A DNA stretch of 64,000 bases, taken from positions 78,926,001 through 78,990,000 of the forward strand of contig OZ024745.1 of assembly GCA_964016885.1 (NCBI GenBank). The letters are read 5' to 3'. Positions 46,539 through 64,000 of the stretch are shown here, in pieces (within the stretch, counting starts at the first letter, position 1; the number at the start of each line of letters is the position of its first letter). Source of the DNA: Eledone cirrhosa (Eukaryota). Made by a program: the position numbers and the translations under genes. The notes under the pieces were generated by a model. The model searched no databases. It saw nothing but the letters and a program-made list of their open reading frames with translations, and was not told the origin of the DNA.

Positions 46539-49500
46539 TCTTCTCTCCATCCGAACCCATTCATTCAATCACTTCTATGTCCTAATTTCACACTATATCA
46601 TATTTTCACCATTATATATCATATCTTTTCTCTAAAAATCATACTTCCCCTATCACCGCATTTCTCTATCGTAATTTCTTAAACAAAACAAATCTTGTAT
46701 TTTCGTTTACTGTTAAATTATGCCCAATTTCTTTCTCGATTCTTCTCTCCATCCGAACCCATTCATTCAATCACTTCTATGTCCTAATTTCACACTATAT
46801 CATATTTTCACCATTATATATCATATCTTTTCTCTAAAAATCATATTTTCCCTATCACCGCATTTTCTCTATCGTAATTTCTTAAACAAAACAAATCTTG
46901 TATTTTCGTTTATTGTTAAATCATGCCCAAAATACGGCGATCTTATCTTAAACCTTACATTCTCGCTAACAACCCATCATCCCTCCCTCCCGCCCCCACG
47001 CACCACCATTATTACGTGGACCAATCATAAGTCAGAGGCCCATACTATCGCTTAACTGGTTGCTTTTCGATATGATGGATGGACTACGGAATTCTGGAGA
47101 GTTGAAGAGAGAAAAATGTGGACGCTCAGCGACAATGCCAAAGATAAAGCCAAATTCACCTCGTGGACGAGAATGCAAGCACTCCTCCTTGTTTCGGCCC
47201 AGGATGGCTAACATAACCCCATCCCCCCCCGCGCCCCACCGCTCCCACCCTCCAAACGCAATCCAAGACTTCAGAGTTGGTACCATGAATGTAGGCACCT
47301 TAAAGGGTCGCTCTAACGAGGTTGTAGAAATGCTTGAACGTAAGGAGGTCGATGTTTGTTGTATTCAAGAGACCAGGTGGAGGGGAGGGTCGGCTAGATT
47401 CATCGTGGGTAAAGAGCGATGCTATAAGCTTTTCTGGGTGGGAAATGACAATGGGTTGGGTGGGGTAGGAATCATGGTAGCAGAAAAGTGGGCAGATAAG
47501 ATAATAGACGTAAATAGAGTGAACGACAGAATAATTAAAATAAGACTTGTCCTCAATAAAACTACGGTGACAGTAATATCTGCGTACGCACCCCAATAAA
47601 ACTACGGTGACAGTAATATCTGCGTACGCACCCCAATCCGGACAGCCCCGCGCTATAAAAGACAGATTCTACGAGACACTGATGCTCGCTACCTCCCAAA
47701 TAACCGACAGTGACTATATAGTTATTGCAGGCGACCTAAATGGTCACGTTGGACAACATTGTGACGGCTATGACGGAATCCATGGAGGCTATGGGTTCGG
47801 TACTAGAAATGAGGAAGGCTCCAGAATCCTGGAATTCTGCGACGCAAATAACTTAACTATCTGTAACACTAACTTCAAAAAACGAGACAATCACTTGATC
47901 ACCTATAGATCGGGGGAACACACAAGCCAGGTAGATTATATCCTTACCAGAAGACGTGACAGAGTGTCTGTTGTTAACACTAAATCCCACCCCCATGAAG
48001 AATTCACCTCCCAACATAGACTGATAATTAGCGACCTCATAGTCAGGACAAGACGTACTAGACAGCGAAAGAGGACTATCCTCAGGAGAAAAATATGGAA
48101 GCTAAAGGACCCCATAGCCAGAAATAAATTTCAAAGCAAATTACTTGACGCTTTCGACAGTAAGGAAGAGCAATTAGAGTCGTATAATATAGAGGAACAG
48201 TGGGAATTCCTGAGAGCAAACCTGCTGACGGCGGCAGACGAAGTCTGTGGCTGGAGCAGGCCTGTAGGTAGGAGGAGAGTAACATGGTGGTGGAACAGTA
48301 AGGTGGAGGAGTCAATTAAGGCCAAAAAGCAGGCTTGGAAAGTATGGCGGGATGGGGGAAGTAGAGAAGACTATCAAGTGGCCAGGAGGGAAGCTAGGAG
48401 ACAAGTGTACTTCGCAAGAAGGGAAGCAGAGGAAAGAAAGTTCAAGCACGTTCTACAACGTGAGGACCAAAAACGTGAGGTGTTCAGGATTGCCAGGCAA
48501 TGTGTCAAGGAAAACCGTGATATTGTCGGGGAGAAGTGTGTACTTAACGATGATGGCATACTTGCCATCACCGACGCTGATAAGAAGGTAGCTTGGAAGT
48601 GTCACTACGAAAGGCTTCTAAACGAGGAGAACAAATGGGAGAAAGACAGTCTCCCCCAGATCGATCCAATAGAGGGACCAGCAGTGTTAGTTGAAGGTAG
48701 TATAATAAGTAAGGCAATCAAAGATATGAAGACGGGTAAGGCGGCTGGGCCTTCGGAAATAGTTGCTGAGATGCTGAAGGCATCTGGTTCGGTGGGACAC
48801 ACCATGGTCACCCGGATAGTTAACCAAGTCGTACAGAATGGGGTTGTTCCGAAGGAATGGCGTAGCAGCATCATCGTTAACTGCTATAAGGGAAAAGGAG
48901 CTGCCCTAGATAGGAGTAACTATAGAGGCATTAAATTAATCGACCAGGTCATGAAGGTCACGGAAAAAGTAATAGCGCAACTAATCAGAGAGAGAATTGA
49001 TCTAGATGAAATGCAGTTCGGGTTTGTGTCAGGCAAAAGTACCACAGACGCTCTTTTCATTGTACGACAACTACAGGAGAAGTACCTAGCTAAAAGTAAA
49101 CCCCTATACTTAGCTTTTGTCGACTTGGAGAAAGCCTTCGACAGAGTCCCCCGTTCCATTATCTGGTGGTCTCTTAGAAAACTAGGTGTTGACGAATGGC
49201 TTGTGAGAGCTATACAAGCCATGTATAAAGAAACAGTCAGTAAGGTTAGAATTAACAACGAATATAGTGAAGAGTTTAGCGTAAAAGTTGGTGTCCATCA
49301 GGGCTCTGTACTTAGCCCCCTACTATTTATTATTGCCCTTCAGGCTATAACAGAGGAGTTCAAGACCGGCTGCCCATGGGAACTCCTATACGCAGATGAT
49401 CTAACGCTCATAGCTGAATCAATGACCGAACTAGAGAAGAAATTCCAAACGTGGAAGCACGGCCTAGAATCAAAAGGCCTTAAAATTAACCTGGCTAAGA

Positions 49501-50850
49501 CTAAAGTTCTAGTTTGTAGGAAAGAAAATAAGGCGGCGGTCCCATCGGGGAAATGGCCATGCTCAGTGTGTAGGAAAGGCGTAGGTAGAAACTCCATTTT
49601 ATGTCCCAAATGCAAAGTATGGGTGCATAAAAGATGTAGTGGGATCACAGGTAAGCTAACTAAGAACATAGATTTTACATGTGGCCGGTGCTCTGGTGCA
49701 ATAAGTAGCAGCAAGTGCCCACAAAATACTAGCTCCTCCAACTGCGCAGAGGGTTCTATAGAAATAGTGGACAGCTTCCGTTATCTGGGTGACAAAATCA
49801 GCAGTGGGGGAGGGTGCTCTGAAAGTACAGTAGCTAGAGTCAGAACTGGATGGAAAAAGTTCAGAGAGCTTATACCACTATTAGCCGCTAGAGGGTTCTC
49901 CCTAAAAATGAAAGGCAGGTTATACGATGCCTGCATACGAACAGCAATGCTGCATGGCAGTGAGACCTGGGCATTGTGTGCAGAGGATATACGCAGACTA
50001 GAGAGGAACGAAGCTTGCATGCTCCGCTGGATGTGCAATAGTAATATACGTGAACGGCAAAGCATAAACGAACTAAGGAAAAAATTAGAAATAAGAGGGA
50101 TCAGATGTTGTTTACTCGAGAGAAGGCTACGTTGGTACGGTCACGTGATGCGCATGAAAGACGACAGCTGTATAACAAAGTGCAGGGCAATAAAGATAGA
50201 CGGTAGCCACGGAGTAGGCAGACCCAGAAAAACATGGGACGAGCTGATAAATTCCGACCTCACACGCTTACACCTCTCCAAGACAATGTCACTGGACCGA
50301 GACCTTTGGCGGTACTCAGTAATAGAGAAGACCCGCCTTACCTAAATACAAAGTAAAAACCTACTACAGTCAGTAGGCACCTCTATCAAAACACACCCCC
50401 GTCCCACCACCTCCACCCCACCCACACCGCCCCTTTCAATGTAAAGTTATGTTGGTCCCACAACATCCAGGCCGAAACAAATGAGATCGTGTAGGTGTCA
50501 CGACAAAAAACACACAGTCCACGCTGTAAATGTGGCCGTGTAGGCAACACGGTAAAAACCTCCCAGCCCCACACTGTAAATGTGGTTGGTGTTAGGAAGG
50601 GCATCCAGCTGTAGAAAACCCGCCAGACAGTCCACGCTGTAATGTGGCCGTGTAGGCAACACGGTAAAAACCTCCCAGCCCCACACTGTAAATGTGGTTG
50701 GTGTTAGGAAGGGCATCCAACTGTAGAAAACCCGCCAGACAGTCCTATGCGAGCAAGACAACCACTCTTGCCTCAAGTGGGAAAACCCCCGTCCAAACCC
50801 ATGCAAGCGTGGAACACGGACGCTAAACCTGATGATGATGATGATGATGA
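46539..50850 (+). mobile_element. Near full-length RTE LINE (5'UTR with ~200-bp tandem duplication, APE-RT ORF, 3'UTR, (GAT)n tail)
   Basis: All domains in order; flanked by (TA)n. Confidence 0.95.
47060..50345 (+). pseudogene. RTE APE endonuclease-RT ORF split by a 40-bp tandem duplication (47555-47634)
   Basis: GTMNVGTL, CIQETRW, AYAPQ, GDLNGHVG, VDYIL, SQHR APE motifs; YADD RT motif; the duplication creates TAA at 47597-47599. Confidence 0.93.
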
Positions 50851-50851
50851 T

Positions 50852-50916
<65 letters not shown>

Positions 50917-50950
50917 TATATATATTTATATATATATAAATATATATATA

Positions 50951-51287
50951 TTGTGAGAGCTATACAAGCCATGTATAAAGAAACAGTCAGTAAGGTTAGA
51001 ATTAACAACGAATATAGTGAAGAGTTTAGCGTAAAAGTTGGTGTCCATCAGGGCTCCGTTCTTAGCCCCCTACTATTTATTATTGCCCTTCAGGCTATAA
51101 CAGAGGAGTTCAAGACCGGCTGCCCATGGGAACTCCTATACGCAGATGATCTAACGCTCATAGCTGAATCAATGACCGAACTAGAGAAGAAATTCCAAAC
51201 ATGGAAGCACGGCCTAGAATCAAAAGGCCTTAAAATTAACCTGGCTAAGACTAAAGTTCTAGTTTGTAGGAAAGAAAATAAGGCGGC
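50951..51287 (+). pseudogene. Internal RTE RT fragment fused directly to an HHR array
   Basis: Near-identical to 49201-49537, then switches to array sequence at GC. Confidence 0.9.
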
Positions 51288-51340
51288 TAAGTATTCTATA
51301 AGTCTCTAGCTGTGTCATTCTCGATAAAAGCACTGGATAT

Positions 51341-51383
51341 GTAATCCTGATGATTTCTAATAAGAATGAAACGCGTAGGTTAC
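51341..51383 (+). ncRNA. Minimal type I hammerhead, copy 1
   Basis: GUAAUC CUGAUGA U UUCU AAUA AGAA U GAAAC GC GUA^GGUUAC; palindromic ACGCGU; enclosed by AUUCUCGAUAAAAGCA/UGCUUUUAUCGAGAAU. Confidence 0.9.
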
Positions 51384-51566
51384 TTCCCTTGCTTTTATCG
51401 AGAATCTCAAATTGTAATACGTGACGTATTCTATTCTATAGCGATTGGGTCTTCGAAATGTTTATTTCTGCCGGACCGGCAACTGCTCTTTCAAACCAGT
51501 TCCTGTACACAGCTAAGTATTCTATAAGTCTCTAGCTGTGTCATTCTCGATAAAAGCACTGGATAT

Positions 51567-51609
51567 GTAATCCTGATGATTTCTAATAAGAATGAAACGC
51601 GTAGGTTAC
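51567..51609 (+). ncRNA. Minimal type I hammerhead, copy 2
   Basis: Identical to 51341-51383. Confidence 0.9.
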
Positions 51610-51878
51610 TTCCCTTGCTTTTATCGAGAATCTCAAATTGTAATACGTGACGTATTCTATTCTATAGCGATTGGGTCTTCGAAATGTTTATTATAAACAT
51701 ACAGAATATTTTCGAATATTCTATGTTTGTCTTCACATATATATCGCTATTTCAGAGCATTATATCCAAATTCTAATTTCTGCCGGACCGGCAACCGCTC
51801 TTTCAAACCAGTTCCTGTACACAGCTAAGTATTCTATAAGTCTCTAGCTGTGTCATTCTCGATAAAAGCACTGGATAT

Positions 51879-51921
51879 GTAATCCTGATGATTTCTAATA
51901 AGAATGAAACGCGTAGGTTAC
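51879..51921 (+). ncRNA. Minimal type I hammerhead, copy 3
   Basis: Identical to 51341-51383. Confidence 0.9.
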
Positions 51922-52164
51922 TTCCCTTGCTTTTATCGAGAATCTCAAATTGTAATACGTGACGTATTCTATTCTATAGCGATTGGGTCTTCGAAATGTT
52001 TATTATAAACATACAGAATATTTTCGAATATTCTATGTTTGTCTTTATATATAAATATATATATAAATATATATATATATATAAATATATATAAATATAT
52101 ATATAAATATATAAATATATATAAATATATATATATATATAAATATATATAAATATATATATAA

Positions 52165-52203
<39 letters not shown>

Positions 52204-52213
52204 TATATATATA

Positions 52214-52253
<40 letters not shown>

Positions 52254-52291
52254 AATATAAATAAATATATATATATATATAAATATATATA

Positions 52292-52636
52292 TCATCATCA
52301 TCATCATTTCATTTTACATCCGCTTTTTCCCTGCTTGCAAGGGTGGGATGGGAACTGATGCTGGCTTGATTTCTACAGCTGGATGCCCTTCCTAACACCA
52401 ACCTCATTTACAGTGAGTGCTGGGTGCTTTTTTGCCGTGGCACCTCCACGACCACTTTACAGTGGAATGATAGGGACACCAGTCCCTATCATCTCATTTC
52501 TACAGCTGAGTAAACTGGAGCAATGTGAAATAAAGTGCCTTGCTCAAGGAAACAACACATCACCCGGTCTGAGAATTGAACTCACAACCTTTCGATTGCA
52601 AGGCCAATGCTCTAACCACTAAGCCATGTGCCTCCA
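52292..52636 (-). mobile_element. tRNA-derived SINE with RTE tail (same family as 2248-2602)
   Basis: A/B boxes, RTE-like tail, (GAT)n. Confidence 0.9.
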
Positions 52637-59425
<6,789 letters not shown>

Positions 59426-59472
59426 CAGGAAAGAAGGTTACATGGTTTGCTATACAAAAAAGTTTTTAATCA

Positions 59473-59585
59473 CATAGCTTACATTTGTTTCACTGAACTG
59501 GTATGTCTAGAGATCGCTATCCGCCTAATTTTGCGTCACTCGATCGCCAATACAGAATTATAACCAGTCAGATCTTCGGAGCATG
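59473..59585 (-). ncRNA. Variant hammerhead (inverted copy)
   Basis: Reverse complement of 63571-63683. Confidence 0.65.
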
Positions 59586-59952
59586 CGAGAATGAAGAAAA
59601 TACACAGGCAAGAAAATAAAAGAAAATATGGAGTAGTTATGGCATTCAATTAGAACAATAAACAACAACAATTATTACAACAATGCTATCAATAAACTAT
59701 TTAAGGAGACCCTGACATTACTTAGGTGGGGGGTATATAATGTATCTAATGTTACGGCGTGAAAACCAGCTGTCATAAGGCAAAAAGTATCGTAGTGTGT
59801 ATCAATTTTAAATTATAAAGATAAGCTAGTTTTTACAGTCTTTCTCTTCATCTTCAACCGTATACATGAGTGGGACCACTGTCAAAGCTCAATAGTTGTA
59901 GAGTTAATACAGAGGTTAACGAATTAATATACGCATATATCTACGCACACAC

Positions 59953-59991
<39 letters not shown>

Positions 59992-60666
59992 AATACATAT
60001 ACACATATATGTGTACATAGACACATACATACACACTAATATACACTCGTACAAAAATATACATACATGCAAAGAGAAAAGCGTGCTAATTGTAATATGG
60101 CAAAAAGAAGGTAAAGTAACATTGTAGTAGTGAAATGAGAAAAACTAGGATCTAGGATCAAATGATTGCAGCAGCTGAGAAGGAGTAAGATTGTTGGTAG
60201 ATGAGGTATTTACAGACTATTGTGTGGTATAGACTTGTGAAGGAAATAGTATACTTAATGAATATATATTTCTGTGGGTAGTAGGTATCCTAATTTAAAG
60301 CTATGTTATGTTGGTTCGATTCACGGAGGTTTGAATCTTATGAATTTAGTGGCTATTCTATGCCTGCAGAAGATAGATCTTTCTAACTTATTATTAAGTA
60401 GTCTTTTAACATTTCTAAGGATATACAATAGCTCAAGATCACACAGCCCGCAATAGGACATACCTGTACTATAGGTTTTAGCAGCCGACAACTTCGACCA
60501 GTTGATAGTGTAGCTAGCGTTGCTGTCCTTCAATTCCCATATTTTTCTGGCGAGGGTGGTGGAACCCATAAGAGCTCGGTTTTTCATCGAGTGCCTGTGC
60601 ACATACCATCTTTTCTTAAAAGAACCCGCGGTGGATCCTATGTAATTCCAAGTGGAGTTACCCGAG

Positions 60667-62819
60667 CTGGACCTTATGAACATGATAAGTGAAACTAAAT
60701 TTAAAAAACGAACAAATCACAACAAATTGCAAAATGACTTAAACACATTACTTAAAAAACTAAAAGACACTAACGGTATCATAGTAAAAGCAGACAAAAC
60801 ATCAAACGTATACTCTATGGACATTAACACATACAATAACTTTATTCAGCGTGAACTACATAAAAAATATAAAAAAACAAATGAATCTACACTCACCAGC
60901 ATAAACATGGAGGGCCTCAAGATAGTTAATAAACTCGGAATTTCAGATAGGACCGAACCGCTTACCCCGTGCAACCCTACATTTAACCTGAAAGATCACA
61001 AAAATAACTTTGAAACTAATCCTACCATTAGATTAATATGCCCATCCAAGTCAGACATAGGTAAAATTAGCAAAAACATTCTAGATAGGGTAATCGCACA
61101 AATAAAGGGTAAACTAGAAATCAATCTATGGGGCAACACTAACGAGGCAATTAAATGGTTCAATAAAATACAAAATAGGGATACGTGTAACTTCATACAA
61201 TTTGATATAGACGACTATTATGCATCCATATCCCCAGCTACCCTAGATAAGGCGCTTATATTTGCCCAAAATAACTCTGATCTTACCCATGATGAAATTG
61301 AAATAATAATAGCGGCTAGAAGGACTATCGTAAATTTGAAAATAACTACTGGGTAAGAAAGGATAGAATAAATAGCTTCGATATTACAATGGGTTCAAAT
61401 GATTCTGCGCAAATTACAGATATCGTGGGGCTATTCATAGCACACAACCTACATAAGGAATTCAGTAACCTCCAAGGAGGAATTTATAGGGACGACATGT
61501 TACTTATAGCTAGGAACCTAAACAACCAGAGCATGGAAAGACTAAGGAAAAATATTAGAATATTCTTCAAAAAACTAGGCCTAAGTATTACCTACGAACT
61601 AAACCATAAGAAGGTTAATTTTCTAGATGTAACTCTAAATCTAAATACTGGATTAATAGAACCTTTCCACAAAAATAATGAAAATCTTGCCTACATTAGT
61701 TACAACTCAAATCACCCCAAATCCATAATTAAATCCATAGCACGTAGTATATCCCTCCGAATATCCCGCTTATCCTCAAACCTAGAAATCTTTAACGAGC
61801 ATGCTGACTATTATAATGCAGCATTAAGTAGGGCCGGTCATAAAGATAAACTACAGTATATAGTGAATAAGGACAACATAAACAATCCTAGTAATTTCTA
61901 CTCCAACCGCTCACATAATAATAGGAATAGCTTGACTAGACATAGGGTTAGACATGTAACACCTAGAGTAAACGGCCAAAACACTAATAACGTAAACCCT
62001 AGAAACAATAGAAGAAACAGACAAAGGAAATACCTATGGTTCAACCCAATATTCAACTCCTCTATAAAAACTAGACTGCCCTCTATATTCTTTAAACTAA
62101 TAGATAAACACTTCCCTATCTCGCATAGATATCACAAACTACTCAATAGATCTACTATAAAACTCTCTTTTTCAACAGCAGCTAACATAGAATCACACAT
62201 ACGCAAGATCAACCGCAGAAATATCTCAAGTAAATCAATTGCACCTATACATAAGCACAAACTCATCACAACATCAAAACCACAAGCGCATACAAACGCG
62301 CAGCAGCAAAACCCCATTGGGCATATATCACAACCCACTTATAACAGGGTACTAAATAGGAATGTAAAAGCTGCACATAATAGCGCCTCAAACTGCAACT
62401 GTCACCTCCCAGATAGGTGCCCATTGGCGAATAGATGTCTCGATTCGAGCCTGGTGTACATGTGCACTGTCATCTCGGGTAACTCCACTTGGAATTACAT
62501 AGGATCCACCGCGGGTTCTTTTAAGAAAAGATGGTATGTGCACAGGCACTCGATGAAAAACCGAGCTCTTATGGGTTCCACCACCCTCGCCAGAAAAATA
62601 TGGGAATTGAAGGACAGCAACGCTAGCTACACTATCAACTGGTCGAAGTTGTCGGCTGCTAAAACCTATAGTACAGGTATGTCCTATTGCGGGCTGTGTG
62701 ATCTTGAGCTATTGTATATCCTTAGAAATGTTAAAAGACTACTTAATAATAAGTTAGAAAGATCTATCTTCTGCAGGCATAGAATAGCCACTAAATTCAT
62801 AAGATTCAAACCTCCGTGA
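60667..62819 (+). pseudogene. PLE RT + GIY-YIG ORF, 5'-truncated, one frameshift (~61335)
   Basis: KADKT, FIQFDIDDYYASI, MGS, IYRDD, NFLDVT, CNC..CPL..CL, LVY..YIG, C.LC..E..LLN...CRH. Confidence 0.92.
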
Positions 62820-63148
62820 ATCGAACCAACATAACATAGCTTTAAATTAGGATACCTACTACCCACAGAAATATATATTCATTAAGTATACTATTTCCTT
62901 CACAAGTCTATACCACACAATAGTCTGTAAATACCTCATCTACCAACAATCTTACTCCTTCTCAGCTGCTGCAATCATTTGATCCTAGATCCTAGTTTTT
63001 CTCATTTCACTACTACAATGTTACTTTACCTTCTTTTTGCCATATTACAATTAGCACGCTTTTCTCTTTGCATGTATGTATATTTTTGTACGAGTGTATA
63101 TTAGTGTGTATGTATGTGTCTATGTACACATATATGTGTATATGTATT

Positions 63149-63213
<65 letters not shown>

Positions 63214-63570
63214 AGATATATGCGTATATTAATTCGTTAACCTCTGTATTAACTCTACAACTATTGAGCTTTGACAGTGGTCCCACTCATGTATACGGTT
63301 GAAGATGAAGAGAAAGACTGTAAAAACTAGCTTATCTTTATAATTTAAAATTGATACACACTACGATACTTTTTGCCTTATGACAGCTGGTTTTCACGCC
63401 GTAACATTAGATACATTATATACCCCCCACCTAAGTAATGTCAGGGTCTCCTTAAATAGTTTATTGATAGCATTGTTGTAATAATTGTTGTTGTTTATTG
63501 TTCTAATTGAATGCCATAACTACTCCATATTTTCTTTTATTTTCTTGCCTGTGTATTTTCTTCATTCTCG

Positions 63571-63683
63571 CATGCTCCGAAGATCTGACTGGTTATAATT
63601 CTGTATTGGCGATCGAGTGACGCAAAATTAGGCGGATAGCGATCTCTAGACATACCAGTTCAGTGAAACAAATGTAAGCTATG
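63571..63683 (+). ncRNA. Variant type I hammerhead (CCGAAGA core, long stem II) in PLE pLTR
   Basis: CAUGCU CCGAAGA U CUGACUGGU...ACCAGUUCAG U GAAAC AAAU GUA^AGCUAUG. Confidence 0.65.
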
Positions 63684-63905
63684 TGATTAAAAACTTTTTT
63701 GTATAGCAAACCATGTAAACCTTCTTTCCTGATTTATTATTACTCCAAGTGTTTACAACATAGGAATTACAGCATACCCGCAGCATCACTATGAAAACGC
63801 CTTGTTGAGTCAAACCAAGCCAAGCGTTAATATCATCCACTACCTGGAATACCATAACTGGACTTCACCTAAGTGGACTGCATTTAACTATTATTTGTTA
63901 ATCCG

Positions 63906-63968
<63 letters not shown>

Positions 63969-64000
63969 GAGGAGGTTATAGTTCACTTGAAGCATTGTGT

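Larger units (their letters stand above)
51286..52045 (+). repeat. Non-LTR retrozyme-like tandem array: 312-bp monomer (first unit 226 bp by deletion, last partial)
   Basis: Unit starts 51286, 51512, 51824; one HHR per unit; ends in (TA)n. Confidence 0.93.

Overview
Eukaryotic, gene-free, repeat-saturated window. The SINE/RTE families and huge (TA)n tracts suggest a coleoid cephalopod such as Octopus (inference). No host gene is supported; the long YIYI ORFs are microsatellite artefacts. Contents: RTE LINEs (one near full-length, several truncated or decayed), four Penelope-like element (PLE) loci (RT + GIY-YIG), a CRE-type endonuclease remnant, tRNA-derived SINEs with RTE tails, non-autonomous Helitrons, hAT/MITE elements, a 32-bp minisatellite and a 200-N gap. 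Main result: by manual folding I count about 28 type I hammerhead ribozyme (HHR) motifs in about 11 sequence families. Some lie in PLE terminal repeats, as expected. Others lie in non-coding tandem arrays with one HHR per unit (607 nt x9.7, ~555 nt x2.3, 524 nt x1.45, 312 nt x~2.4) inserted in (TA)n. These look like retrozyme-type non-autonomous retroelements with probable circular RNA intermediates; three have unusually large monomers, and the 607-nt family has a variant catalytic core. All folds are by eye and need computational and biochemical confirmation.
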